A stretch of DNA of 64,000 nt from Sphyrna mokarran. Its lineage: Eukaryota. The stretch is taken from positions 30,070,001 to 30,134,000 of the forward strand of contig JAGIQG010000011.1 in NCBI GenBank assembly GCA_024679065.1, in the 5' to 3' direction. How positions within the stretch are numbered: position 1 is the first letter of the stretch; each line of letters begins with the position of its first letter. The notes below the pieces were generated by a model. It did not search any database. It was not told the origin of the DNA and saw only the letters and a program-made list of their open reading frames with translations. This document shows, one piece after another, positions 52,260 through 64,000 of the stretch. The translations under genes were made by a program, and so were the position numbers.

Positions 52260-52748
52260 GTATAAAGGTCAGTGATGTGCGCAATGTGAGGAGCGGCTGC
52301 ATTTAAGTTAGCAAGATGGGAGCAACGGGGTAGGAAAATCCCACCCAACAGCTCGGAGCTTCCCCCCCCCCCCTTCCTGCAGCCAATAGCAGCAATGGGA
52401 TTCCAGCCAGCTTCGCAATGATTTGCTTTGAAAGAATCTAGGCGTTTTGCAAAAAAAAATGTTCTGGCGTTTATGGAAAAGTAGTAATAATCTCCGGAGG
52501 TGGCCAGACCCCGCCTGTAAAGACAAGAGTTACTGGGCGGACACCGTATACAAGTGCTGGAACTTGGGAGTTTTTTTTCCGTAACTGGGTCGCTGTAGGC
52601 AAGTGGCTGTGGGAAGCAAACAGCCCCGGGGGTAGGGAGAGAGAGCCAGGCTGAACTGAGAGAGGGAGCTTTAGTCCCTGCAGTCTGTAACTCTCTGTCT
52701 GCAAGGGAGTTGCAGAGCCGGGACTCAGCACAGGAGAGTTTGCTGAAG
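52260..52748 (+). promoter_or_regulatory. Probable CAVIN2 promoter/5' UTR (CCAAT ~52383, GC box ~52510, CpG-rich into exon 1)
   Basis: Motifs seen upstream of the ATG; TSS not determinable from sequence. Confidence 0.45.
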
Positions 52749-53234
52749 ATGGGAGAAGACGGAGTGCAAGCGGAGAAAAGCAGCGCCCAGGCCGTGCAGG
52801 GAGGTACTGAGCCCAGCCCGCCACCCAGCCCGAGCCTGGAGTCCAGCCCGCCCCCCAGCCCGGCTCCGGGCCCCAGCCCGGGCGAGCCGCTGCGGGACAC
52901 CTCCCAGGTTAACGCCATCACCGTGCTGGCCCTGCTGGACAAGCTGGTGAACATGCTGGACACGGTGCAGGACAACCAGCGGAAGATGGAGCACCGGCAG
53001 ATCGGGGTGGAGAGCTCGGTGAAAGGCATCCAGAACGACATCACCAAACTCTCCAAGAGTCACAGCACCACCAGCAACACCGTCAACAAACTGCTGGACA
53101 AGTCGCGGAAAGTCAGCAACAACGTGAAGGAGATGCGGGAGCGGCTGGACAAGCAGGCGGTGCAGGTGAAGAAACTGGAAAGCAACCAGGCACAACTGCT
53201 GAAGAAAAACAACTTCAGAGTGCTAATCTTCCAG
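52749..53234 (+). CDS. CAVIN2: CAVIN2 (SDPR) exon 1: MGEDGVQAEK...HR1 coiled coil...NNFRVLIFQ
   Basis: MGED start; SQVNAITVLALLDKLVNMLD and SNTVNKLLDKSRKVS cavin HR1; donor CAG|gtgagg, phase 0. Confidence 0.95.
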
Positions 53235-53257
53235 GTGAGGCTGGGGAAGGGGCTGGA

Positions 53258-55570
53258 TGTCACTGGGGAGGGGAGGGCATTCCCCGGGGTATCTGTCGCT
53301 GGGGGGCATTCTCCCCCCCTGGGGTATCTGTCGCTGGGGGGCATTCTCCCCCCCTGGGGTATCTGTCGCTGGGGGGCATTCTCCCCCCCTGGGGTATCTG
53401 TCACTGGGGGGCATACTCCCCCCCTGGGGTATCTGTCACTGGGGGGCATACTCCCCCCCTGGGGTATCTGTCACTGGGGGGCATACTCCCCCCCTGGGGT
53501 ATCTGTCACTGGGGGGCATACTCCCCCCCTGGGGTATCTGTCACTGGGGGGCATACTCCCCCCCCGGGGTATCTGTCACTGGGGGGCATACTCCCCCCCC
53601 GGGGTATCTGTCACTGGGGGGCACTCCCCCCCGATCTGTCCGGGGCATACTCCCCCCCTGGGGTATCTGTCACTGGGGGGCATACTCCCCCCCTGGGGTA
53701 TCTGTCACTGGGGGGCATACTCCCCCCCTGGGGTATCTGTCACTGGGGGGCATACTCCCCCCCTGGGGTATCTGTCACTGGGGGGCATACTCCCCCCCTG
53801 GGGTATCTGTCACTGGGGGGCATACTCCCCCCCCGGGGTATCTGTCACTGGGGGGCATACTCCCCCCCCGGGGTATCTGTCACTGGGGGGCATACTCCCC
53901 CCCTGGGGTATCTGTCACTGGGGGCATACTCCCCCCTGGGGTATCTGTCACTGGGGGGCATACTCCCCCCCTGGGGTATCTGTCACTGGGGGGCATACTC
54001 CCCCCCGGGGTACGCACTGGGGGGCATACTCCCCCCCTGGGGTATCTGTCACTGGGGGGCATACTCCCCCCCTGGGGTATCTGTCACTGGGGGGCATACT
54101 CCCCCCCTGGGGTATCTGTCACTGGGGGGCATACTCCCCCCCTGGGGTATCTGTCACTGGGGGGCATACTCCCCCCCTGGGGTATCTGTCACTGGGGGGC
54201 ATACTCCCCCCCTGGGGTATCTGTCACTGGGGGGCATACTCCCCCCCTGGGGTATCTGTCACTGGGGGGCATACTCCCCCCCTGGGGTATCTGTCACTGG
54301 GGGGCATACTCCCCCCCGGGGGTATCTGTCCCTGGGGGGCATACTCCCCCCCTGGGGTATCTGTCACTGGGGGCACCCCCCACCACCCCCCCCGGTATTG
54401 TCATGGGGTATCTGTCACTGGGGGGCATTCTCCCCCCCCTGGGGTATCTGGGGGACATTCTCCCCCCCAGGGTATCTGTCACTGGGGGGCATCCCCCACT
54501 TGGGTATTTGTCACTGGGGGGGGGCAATCCCCCCCCAGGATATCTGTCACTGGGGCATCCACCCCCTGCGGTATCTGTCACTGTGGAGGCAAACCCCCCA
54601 GGGTATTTATCACTGGGAGGGCATTCCCTGGGGTCTCTGTCACTCAGGGCATCCATCCCCATGGTATCTGTCACCGGGGGGCATCCCCCCAGGATAATGA
54701 AGGGGATGGATAGGGTAGAAGTTGAGACACTCTTCCCACTTAGCAAAGATAGCAGAACTAGAGGGCACAGCCTCAAGATTGGCGGGGGGGGGGAGGAGTT
54801 CAGATCAGAGTTGAGGAGGAATTTCTTCAAGCAAAGGGTAGTGAATCTTTGGAATTCTCTGCCTGTTGAAGTGGTGGAGGCTTCCTCACTGAATATGTTC
54901 AAGTCAAGAGTGGATAGGTTTTTAATTGACAAGGGAATTAAGGGTTACGGGGAGAAAGCGGGAAAGTGATACTGAACCACTATAGATCAGCCATGATCTT
55001 ATTGATTGGCGGGGCAGGTTGAGGGGCTAGATGGCCTACTCCTGCTCCTCGTTCTTATGTTCTTATATATCTGTCACTAGGGGGGGTATTCCCTGAGAAA
55101 TACCCTCAGATACCCCCAGGGTATCTGTCACTGTGGGGGTGTTTCCTGGGATATCTGTCATTGTGGGAGCATCCCCTGGGGTATCTGTCACTGGGGCATC
55201 CTCCACTGGGGTTTCTGTCACTGGGGGCATCCACCCCCGGAATATCTGTCACTGCAGGGGCAAATCCCCCAGGGTATCTATCACTGGGAGGGCATTCCCT
55301 AGGGTCTTGTCACTTGGGGGGGAGCGTTCCCTGGGGTCTCTGTCACTAGGGGCATTCATCCCCCATGGTATTTGTCACTGGGGGGGGCATTCCCCTGGGG
55401 TATCTGTCACTGTGGGAGTATTCCCTGGGGTAGCTGTCAGTGGAGGGGGGTCATCCCCTAGGGTATTTGTCATGGGGGGGCATCCCCCAGGGTATATCAC
55501 TGGGGGGGGAAGGGGCTAGGCGGGGAAGATCTCAAGGGTATCAGTGGAGCTGCCCCGGGTATCTATCACT
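53258..55570. repeat. 35-bp GC-rich minisatellite (GGGGTATCTGTCACTGGGGGGCATACTCCCCCCCT), ~30 near-perfect units to ~54360 then degenerate
   Basis: Period 35 (units at 53391, 53426, 53461); split by a CR1 insertion. Confidence 0.97.
54692..55066 (+). mobile_element. CR1 family C 3' fragment inserted in the minisatellite
   Basis: IMKGMDRVEVE..FFKQRVVNLWNSLP..GYGEKAGK*; tail TTCTTATGTTCTTAT. Confidence 0.9.
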
Positions 55571-56647
55571 TCGTAGTTTTTAGTGATTCTCACCAAGGGA
55601 TAGTCAGAAAAGTTGGAAATTGAACGCTGTTCTAATAGAGTGAGAAGTCTCAATGCTGTCAGTGATTGCTGAAATAAATTTCAGAAATTAACCTTACAAT
55701 TTGTCAGTAAGTCCCAACGTTATCTGAGCTGGCTCCAAACATTCTTTGGAGAAATAAACGCAACATGCACTGCGTGGCACACTTGGGCCTTGAAAGTCTC
55801 TCAATCAGTTCGGCAAAAGTTTCTTTTAGGCCGTTTGTGTTTTGCAAGAAGGCAGTTTGTCTGCATTCACATGATCCGTGTTTGAAATGTTAGCCATCTA
55901 ATCAATGCGGTCCCCGCCCTTATCTTCCCAATCCCGATGGTAGTGAAGGATTGTTTTTTTCCCAAGTTGCTATTTGGCGGACTAATCTGAGTGCTTGGTG
56001 TGAGTGAGCAGGTATGGGGTGGGGTGTGCCGGCCGATCTGCACTGAAAACATTCCTTGGGTTGCAGGGGAGACTCGATGTGCTGAGACTGTCACCCTGAG
56101 ACCCCACTGCCCGGCATCTCTACTGATTTTCCGGCAGGGGTGGGGGGAGAGATTGGGTGGCAAAGTGTATAATCGATCTGGATGAAACTGTACACCTCAG
56201 AAGAGCTTTTAATACCCGTTCCAAATGTTCAGAATTAATTTGGCGATTATGAAGTGGAGCTATTTGCCACGATGATAAAAGTTTTCACTTTCCGTTCGGG
56301 CGAGAGTTTAGGGAACAGAGTCACATTTCTTTTCCAATTTAAATAATTGTGGACCGAGATTTCTTTATAATTCTGCCTCAGTGTTTTGCTTTTGATCTCT
56401 TGCATATTAAAGGCTTCTCTCTCTCTCGCCAACTCTCCGGATTTGATTTTGAAAAACAAGTGAGAATACAATAATGTATAAGGACTGGGAGGCAACTTCC
56501 ATTGCGATTTTTACACATCTTTGCAAAATACTTTGATTAATGGAGTTTTAATTTAAAAAATAGCCAGTGCCTGAAGGTAAATAATTAGGTTCTAATTACT
56601 TGCTGATAGTTTATTTAAATTATTGTCAAGCAATTAGGAACCTCAAC

Positions 56648-58098
56648 CATAAATAGAGCAGAAGGAGGCCATTAGGCCCTCAAGCCTGCATTGACAAAAA
56701 TCTCACCCAGGCCCTTTCCCTGTAATCCCACGTATTTAACCTGCTAACCCCCCCTGACACCGAGGAGCGATTTTGCATGGTCAGTCAACCTAACCTGCAT
56801 ATCTTTTGGACTGTGGGAAGAAACTAGAGTACTTAGAAGAAACCCACACAGACATGGGGAGAATGTCTGCGCAGTGACCTGAGGCTGGAATTGACCCTGT
56901 GTCCTTGGAACAAAGAACAAAACAGCACAGGAAAGAGGCCCTTCGGTCCAACGAGCCCGTGCCGCCACCCCGATGTTCCCACCTCTACCTGCGATCCCTG
57001 TCTATGTTTATAGATCTATGGATTAAAAACCAAATTTGAGACAATTTAGGGAGAATTTGTTTTGCCAATTAGCCTAAGAGTACAGTTTTGGGATGTGGGA
57101 GGAAACTGGAGCACCTGGAGAAAATCCACGCAAGCACGGGGAGAATGCACAAACTCCCATAGACACAAGCCCAAATCCATGTATCTGCACAGCACAGCGA
57201 TAGTCACTGAGCTATCGTGTTGCCCATCAAATGTTCCAGGTCAAGTCTACGCTAATGACGTGAAGCACTAGGATATTCTCAAAAGATCCAAGAGCAGCCC
57301 TCTTACGACCCATCGTGTGTATGCCCCTCGTTAGACAGCAAGGTGGACCAAAGCACCTGTAGGATAAAAACAAGTACATCAATATCATCATCTATTTACA
57401 CACTTCCCAGGGACTCCCAAGGCTCATGATCCCTATTTTAAATCAGTTTTCTATACCCCTCCATTCCCATTCTGTTCATGTGCCCATCTAAGTATTTCTT
57501 AAATAATTCCAGAGTGCCTGCCTCCACCACTTTACTTGGCAGTGCATTCCATACCCCCGCCACCCTCAGTGTGAAAAAACTCCCTCTAGCATCCAAATTA
57601 TATTTTACCTCCCTCACCCTAAGCCCGTGACCCCTCGTGCTATTCGAGTCCATCCTAGGAAAAAGCTTAACTCTGTTTATTCTATCTATACCCCTCATAA
57701 TCTTGTACATCTCTATTAGATCTCCTCTAAGTCTTTCTAAGAAAAACAGCCCCAATTTGCCTAACCTCTCCTCGTAACTCGGACCTTCTATACCAGGCAG
57801 CATCCTGGTAAACCTCCTCTGCACTCTCTCCAGAGTGTCCACGTCCTTCCAGTAGTGAGGCGACCAGAACTGGACGCAGTATTCCAAATGAGGTCTAACC
57901 AACGTTTTATACAACTGCAACATAAAAGGCCAGCTCTTGTACTCTATACCCCTTCCTATAAAGGCTAGCATACCATATGCTTTCTTCACAACCTTCTCCT
58001 GGTTGCAGGAGAGCAGGTGGCACCTGCTCTGCCACCTTCAAAGACTTGTGCACCTGCACACCTGGGAACTGTGAGCAGTGCTAACCACTGTGCCACCC
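56648..58098 (-). mobile_element. V-SINE split by a CR1 insertion (parts 56648-56907 and 58060-58098)
   Basis: tRNA head GGGTGGCACAGTGGTTAGCACTG at 58098; remainder resumes at 56907. Confidence 0.75.
56908..58059 (-). mobile_element. CR1 family A 3' fragment with V-domain 3' UTR
   Basis: ORF 57438..57989(-) is the RT C-terminus; UTR collinear with the other family A copies. Confidence 0.93.
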
Positions 58099-58464
58099 TA
58101 AAACCACTAGAAACAAAAATGAGTTGGACAAGATGAGAAAAGTAATCACAACAAATAGCAGCTAATGTTATTCTGATTCTGTAGAATGCCCAGACTTTTC
58201 TGTTTTTCAGATTCAGTCACGTTTTGGTGCTTATCATTGTTCATAACTTGTGGTGGTCTTCTGGAGTGCTCGAATTCCTAAAATAAAGTTTATTCTGACC
58301 TTTGAAGTTTTCGCACATCCCCAGATATATGTAGTCATTGCCCTATTGTGTATATTTATTAAGTTGTTGATGCCTTTTTTGACGCAGAAAATTTTGAAAC
58401 AATTCAACAAAACATGGGTGTTTAAAAATAAGCAAAAATATTGAAAAGCTAAGTGTTGTATTTT

Positions 58465-59250
58465 TGGACAGCAAGGTGGTTAGTATACTGCCGTGTCATA
58501 GCATCAAGGACCCAGGTTCGATTCCGATTTCAGGTCCCTGCATGGAGTTTGCATGTTCTTCTCATGTCTGCATGGGTTTCCTCCGGGTGCTCCAATTCCC
58601 TCCCACACTTCAAAGATTAAAGAGATTAAAGATTAAAGAGCAACACAGCACGGGAAACAGGCCCTTCGGCCCAACGAGCCCGCGCCGCCATCATAACTAT
58701 ATAGTAGCAAATCCATTATCCTATTATATTATTCCTATATAATAATATATATATTATTCCTAATATGGAAAATTCTCACTATAGGGACAATTTGTTTCCC
58801 AATCAGCCTAAGAGCGAATTTTTGGGTTGTGGGAGGAAACCGGAGTGCCCGGAGAAAACCCACGCAACCACGGGGAGAACGTACAAACTCCCGCAGACAC
58901 CGGCCCAATTCCAAGTGTCTGCACAGCCACATCGATAGTCTCTGAGCTGTCATGGTGCCCTTCAGATGGTCCACATAAAGCACTCATTTACGACATGAGG
59001 TACCAGGCAACCCATGAATCAACATCCAAGAGCTGTACCCGCACCACCTGCCGAATGCATGCTCAATGTTGGTCAAGTATGGACCATATGGACAAGATGT
59101 GCAGGTTAGATTGGCCATGATAAATTGCTGCTTAGTATCAGGGAGATCATCAAGGTAAATATGTGGTTGTGGGGATAGGATCTGGATGGGATTGTGGACA
59201 TGTAGGCTCAATGGGTCAAATTGCCTCCTTTTGCAGTGCAGATTCTACGA
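58465..59250 (+). mobile_element. V-SINE split by an antisense insertion (58612-59092) related to the family A 3' UTR
   Basis: Head at 58465, core to 58615, resumes GATGTGCAGGTTAG near 59097; insert shares the V core and GGGCCGAAGGGCCTGTTTCCCGTGCTGT tail. Confidence 0.78.
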
Positions 59251-59335
59251 TTTTGCTTTTTTAATAAGGCAAGACTTTTTTGGGTTGATAGGGAGTGAAC
59301 ACCTACTGATTTCTATACTTGATGAATCATTGCAG

Positions 59336-60130
59336 AATGAAGCAGAGATCCCAGCCAGCGTCTTTGCTGAAAAGCCCAAAGAAGATGTGGCTGTGGAAGG
59401 ATGTGTGGATGAGAATAAAGCAGTGGAAGATATCCCTCGATCACTGGACCTGTCCTCGGATGAAGACATCCATGAAGGTGAAGATGATGAGATACAGGAT
59501 GGGGAAAAATCTGAAAAGCTGGAGCAATCTAGGGCTGCCAAGATCAAGAGATCAAGTATGAAGAAAGTCGATAGCATCAAGAAAGCATTTTCCCGGGAGA
59601 ACATTGAGAAAAGGATGAATAAGTTCGGCACCAAGATTGTGTCTCCGGAAAGGCGAGAGAAGATTAAGAAGTCGCTCACCCCTAATCAACAGAAACCACA
59701 GTCTGCCAAGTCCTCCAGCTTCAAAGTCACCCCTATGACTTTCAAGGTGAAAAAGATTAGGAATGGGGAGACCCCTCCACAGAGCCCCAGTGACACGGTA
59801 GTTACTCTGGAAGCTGATCCGTCAGGTCCCCCTGAAGACAGTGATTTCCCTGAAGTGCACTTGGGCCCCAACATTTTAGCACCTGAAGAGGTTAAAGAGG
59901 TGGCAGAAAATGCAGAGGGAGAAATGAAGGAGGCAGAATTGGTGATGGGAAGCAGTAACAGCAAAGGCATCATGATGAAGGCAGAAAGCACGGAGGAAGC
60001 GGAGATTCTGTTGGATACTCTGCCCGAAGACCAACAAGAAGGCCAAGTGAAACATATAGGGCCAAATATAGAGCTGCACATTGAGGAGCCAGACGAGCCC
60101 GCTGTTCTGCAGATAAAGCAAACAGTTTGA
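59336..60130 (+). CDS. CAVIN2: CAVIN2 exon 2 (NEAEIPASVF...HR2...LQIKQTV*); joined CDS 426 aa
   Basis: tcattgcag| acceptor; EIPASVF, LDLSSDED, KIKRSSMKKVDSIKKAFSRENIEKRMNKFGTKIVSPERREKIKKSLT. Confidence 0.95.
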   Translation, partial: NEAEIPASVFAEKPKEDVAVEGCVDENKAVEDIPRSLDLSSDEDIHEGEDDEIQDGEKSEKLEQSRAAKIKRSSMKKVDSIKKAFSRENIEKRMNKFGTKIVSPERREKIKKSLTPNQQKPQSAKSSSFKVTPMTFKVKKIRNGETPPQSPSDTVVTLEADPSGPPEDSDFPEVHLGPNILAPEEVKEVAENAEGEMKEAELVMGSSNSKGIMMKAESTEEAEILLDTLPEDQQEGQVKHIGPNIELHIEEPDEPAVLQIKQTV

Positions 60131-60732
60131 AGAGTGGATCAATGAACCTGCATTTATATACAGAAATCATGCTTACGATAGTTACTATTTGCTACTATAA
60201 CCTCATGAGGATTGCCCTGTTAGATCAGAGGAACTGAAGCATGTTGGGTGAGGGAAAGTAAAAGGTAAACGATTAGAGAGTAACAGATATGAACAAATGG
60301 CACTGGGCTGTGTTTATACGAGAGTGTATTTGGCGAGGAAGCAAAAATGGTTTAAAATCCTTTGGACAAAGTTGATGTTACTTGGGTTTTGCAAGATGTA
60401 AAACAGATGCCAAAAACAATTTACATTTTAATTATTTGAAATATATCTATTTCATACATAGAAATACTCTATTTTGATTCATAGCTGCAAGCTCATTTGG
60501 TAAATGCCAATTTCCTAACAACAATTGCAAAAAATTGTACAAAACACTGACAACTCAAAGAAACTGCCTAAAAAGGAAGTAGTACTGTATCATCACTCCC
60601 TATGTAAATGTAAGCAGATCAGCTGCACCAATGCCGACTGGTGTCATTTCATGGTCTATGTAATGCAGATAAATTCCAGCTTTTATGTACCTACTGCTGA
60701 TTGAGGAAAGCTTTTTTGAGATAAATTGCTGC

Positions 60733-60861
60733 AATAAATATATAAGCTGCTAATTTTCACATGTAATATATTGCTTTGTGAGCATTCTTACTGTTATTTC
60801 CAGTTTGCTATTAAAAGAAAGCCAAAAATGTTTTATTATCAGAATTAAATATTCAAATAAA
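60733..60861 (+). terminator. Candidate CAVIN2 polyadenylation signals (AATAAA 60733 and 60856)
   Basis: Canonical hexamers in an AT-rich 3' region before repeats resume. Confidence 0.4.
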
Positions 60862-60957
60862 AAAAAACTGGATTCCTGCCTGTTATTCCTTGCTAATATA
60901 GCAATATTTGATTTTCTTTATTATCATGTATGTTAGTATATAGTGAAAAGTATCGTT

Positions 60958-61210
60958 TTAGAACATAGAACACTACAGTACAGACCCTTCAGCCTTCGAT
61001 GTTTCCACTGGTCAGCACAATAATGATCCTCTACCCTAAACTACTCCAATATTATCCATATGCCTATCCACTGACTATTTGAATGCCCTTAAAGTTGGTG
61101 AGTCCACTACTGCTGCAGGCAGGGCATTTCACACCCTTACTAATCTCTGAGTAAAGAACCTACCTCTGACATCTGTCCTTTATTTATCACCCCTCAATTT
61201 AAAGCTATGC
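60958..61210 (-). mobile_element. CR1 3'-end fragment
   Basis: Minus strand AGAGGTAGGTTCTTTACTCAGAGA..GAAATGCCCTGCCTGCAG; (TTCTATG) tail. Confidence 0.8.
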
Positions 61211-63308
61211 TTTTTCTGAAGTGCATAGACAAAGCATACTATTCATAGAGAAGGAGAGGATACATAATGTAGTGATAGCTAGGATGTAGAGAAAGATTAA
61301 CTTAAGGCATATTAATTGATGTTTCTTTTCCAACACCTAATGGTGCATAAGGCACTTTTCCATCTGTTCCCATAGCAATGTTTTTTTCCCTGGAACAGTT
61401 TGCTAGCCTATCATCAGAGGTTTAAAGCTTGAAGGGGACTGCTCTGCACCAAGTGTGGCTGACCTGGAGTCTCTCCTGCTGTTACCACCTGCTATTGGCA
61501 TGTTGGAAAGATTTTGCAGGTTAATACTCAACCTGTTGACCATATTAAGAATGCATCTTTCTTGGCCACGAGATCCCAAGCTGCCCACTACACCACAAGA
61601 TGTCCTCATGATATTAATTGGCTATTTTTATTTCAAACTCTGTAGAGTTTCAACAGTCGTGCTTAATCCTTTTGTGGTTATGTTTGTTAGCCAGAATAAT
61701 TGATTATCATTTCAAATATACTGAGTCTGATGGTGATAAGCAACAGAACACTTAAACATCCCAGTGACAGTTTCAGCATTGATGCACGTCTTCAAGAGGT
61801 GGATCATGTAAAATACTGTCTATTTACCTGCATTTCTATGTAACATAGGAGGTTTTGTTGATAAGCAGTGATTGTCAGAACAGGATACCACTTCCTATAG
61901 GATCACACATTAATCACAAATGTATTGCTCTACCTGTACAATCTGAAATTTGACCATAAAAGTTGTATTATAAAACTGCTAGATCAGCATTGTAGATATG
62001 GAATAAACTTTACCTTTTAAAAGACTTTACTTTTTTTGCTCCTTTAACAGGGGACATTGCGATTGAATCATTATAGTAAGGAACCTTTTGTGTTGAACAC
62101 AAGTAACTTGTATTTATTTACAACTTTAGAGAAAAAGAGACAAGGTCTTTGCAGAAGTGGAAAGGATGGAGAATGTAAAGATGTTCTTATGAGGGGTTAC
62201 TGATAACCTGAAAACTGATATGGGTTTTGAGATCAGGAGATTCCGAGGCCTTAGGGGACTGAAGGCAAGTTCGTTAAAGCAATAAGAGCATAATGAACAG
62301 ATGAGAGACAGTAAAATGTTTCCCTGCTATTTACATCCTTGGTTGATCATAAGAAAGGTTTAAATTTATTTCCCATGCAGATACGCCTTTTCCAAATTGT
62401 CTTTACTATTTAGTAAGAAGCCACGCAAACACAGTCAAAGAAAGATCAACTTTATTGACCACTCATAAAATTATAGAGTGCAAAAGAGGCCCCTCAGCCC
62501 ATCGAGTCTGCACTCAACCCAGGGAAATAAAAAAATGTCAGATGCACAGACATAAAAAAAAGGAAAATTCAGCCCAATAAGAGAAAGTATAAACAAGCAC
62601 GAAGCTAAATTTCCTTTGAGGCTTTCATTATTACACATTATGACTGATTTAGGTTAGCTGGTTTCTTGGATGTAGTCACATGCAGAAGATGTTGCAATCC
62701 TTAGGAGAACTCAGTTCATTGATAGCTTTCTGTTATGTTGACATTTCAAACAAATTAATTTACTTGTTCCAACAGGGAGAAAACTCTTTGGCCTTTCTGT
62801 TCCACTGTAGTCTCTTGCAAAAGTATCTGCTCCAGTGACCTGTCTCTGGTTAAACCAATTCTTAAAAGTCCTACTGGTTGTGTTTTCTAGAGGAATTTGA
62901 TTACAGTCCCCTGTAGTCATTTTGTTGTAGAACAGTTAATCATATGTTTGATGTTTCAGCAACTTTTGAAAGCCGATAGGAGACTGTGTGTGTGTCTTGC
63001 GGGGAAGGGAGGTGTGATCTTTCACACAGCACAAGAGGTTTATGTGCCTGTTCCCATTTGGCAAGTTGTGTATCCTAGCTGCCTAATAACCCCCATTGTC
63101 TTAATAAGATTACAGTTTATTAAAATCTAGCACTTTGCATTTTCAAATCTCCTCCCTCGTGATGAATTTCAGTGGCTATGTAAATTAACAATCTTATTTG
63201 CTCACCTGTTCTTTGGAAGGAGGCCTGGCATTGTAAAGTAGTTCCTTCCATCTCATTTCAAATTGAAAAATTTCAGCTGAGGGTTGAAAATCATTCCAAA
63301 AATAAAGA

Positions 63309-63402
63309 CTGGAATTTTCCCATCCTGCCCACCAGAGGAATTGTAGCAGGAAGGACCGAAAATTTGGCGAACCGTGGGGTGAGCGGGCTGGAAAATCCTG
63401 CC
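63309..63402. mobile_element. Short Harbinger-type MITE
   Basis: Imperfect TIRs GACTGGAATTTTCCCATCCTGCCCACC / GGTGAGCGGGCTGGAAAATCCTGCCC. Confidence 0.45.
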
Positions 63403-64000
63403 CAAAGGGTTTTGCTATGTGACAAAGAGGTGGATGCACAATGAGCCAAGAAGTGACTCATGTTTTGAGGAGGCTATAGACTATAAATGATACTGAGATA
63501 AGAAATAATTCCATCAATGTTCTAGAATGTGAATGTGAAATTGGAGTGGTTGGCTGATAGTTAATAATATTTGTGCTGGATGAAGGGGAACAGTGATCAG
63601 AGGAAATAAGATTATCATTACCCTTCTCAAGGGCAATTAGAGTTGGGCAATAAATGCTGTCTTAGTTAGAGATACTCACATCCATGAAAGCACAAAGGAA
63701 AACGACATGAAGCTACTGTAGGTATGACAGATCAATCCAGATTATTGTTGGCAGTGTTTAATTTATAGCACATTGTGCCACAAGCCACTGTTAATAAATA
63801 ACTGCTATCATAAAGGTTATCATACAGGGTGATTCATTATTACATCACAGTATTTTAAAGGATAAATTATACTAAGTAATATAAAACTCTTCTTATAGAG
63901 TAAGAGTGCCATCTACTGACTGAACTACACATTTCACCTTTAATATCCCAAGATTCCTTGAGGCAATACTTAAAGTTCCATATTACTTGTACAAAATCAT

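Noticed and set aside
51941-53449. Minus-strand ORFs (371 aa and others) over CAVIN2 exon 1
   Set aside because: Antisense shadows of GC-rich coding DNA with no recognisable domain
53286-54360. CRISPR-like regular repeat
   Set aside because: Head-to-tail tandem units with no unique spacers; eukaryotic context
52710-54969. 667-aa and 570-aa ORFs with GGHTPPLGYLSL repeats
   Set aside because: Read-through of the CAVIN2 exon-1 donor into a stop-poor 35-bp minisatellite; not a separate protein
59186-59335. N-terminal 50 aa of the 314-aa ORF
   Set aside because: SINE tail and intron sequence; cavin homology begins at the acceptor at 59336

Overview
Vertebrate genomic DNA, most likely a cartilaginous fish (shark), inferred from its HE1/V-SINE, Deu-SINE, CR1, Penelope and Harbinger repeat content. 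Two host genes lie on the + strand. The first is the last six coding exons of TMEFF2 (tomoregulin-2; 22108-40993; upstream exons lie outside the window). The second is the complete two-exon CAVIN2/SDPR gene (52749-60130, 426 aa), in the same order and orientation as I recall for human. The rest is intronic or intergenic and dense in mobile elements: a young near-intact CR1 LINE, several CR1 fragments, a Gypsy remnant with an LTR, a Harbinger transposase relic, MITEs, Penelope-like elements with minimal hammerhead ribozymes, Rex1 and L2 fragments, and SINEs. A 35-bp G/C minisatellite starts just after the CAVIN2 exon-1 donor. The most notable observations are four. (1) The TMEFF2 EGF-like domain keeps the canonical ErbB-binding Arg (GPRC) that mammalian tomoregulins replace with His. 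(2) A multi-copy CR1 family has a long 3' UTR containing the V-SINE central domain. (3) Palindromic mini-Penelope insertions have hammerhead cores and ~13-bp TSDs. (4) A U2 snRNA 5' fragment is fused to unrelated sequence. All calls come from reading the sequence by eye and from remembered family motifs; no searches were run, and repeat boundaries are approximate.
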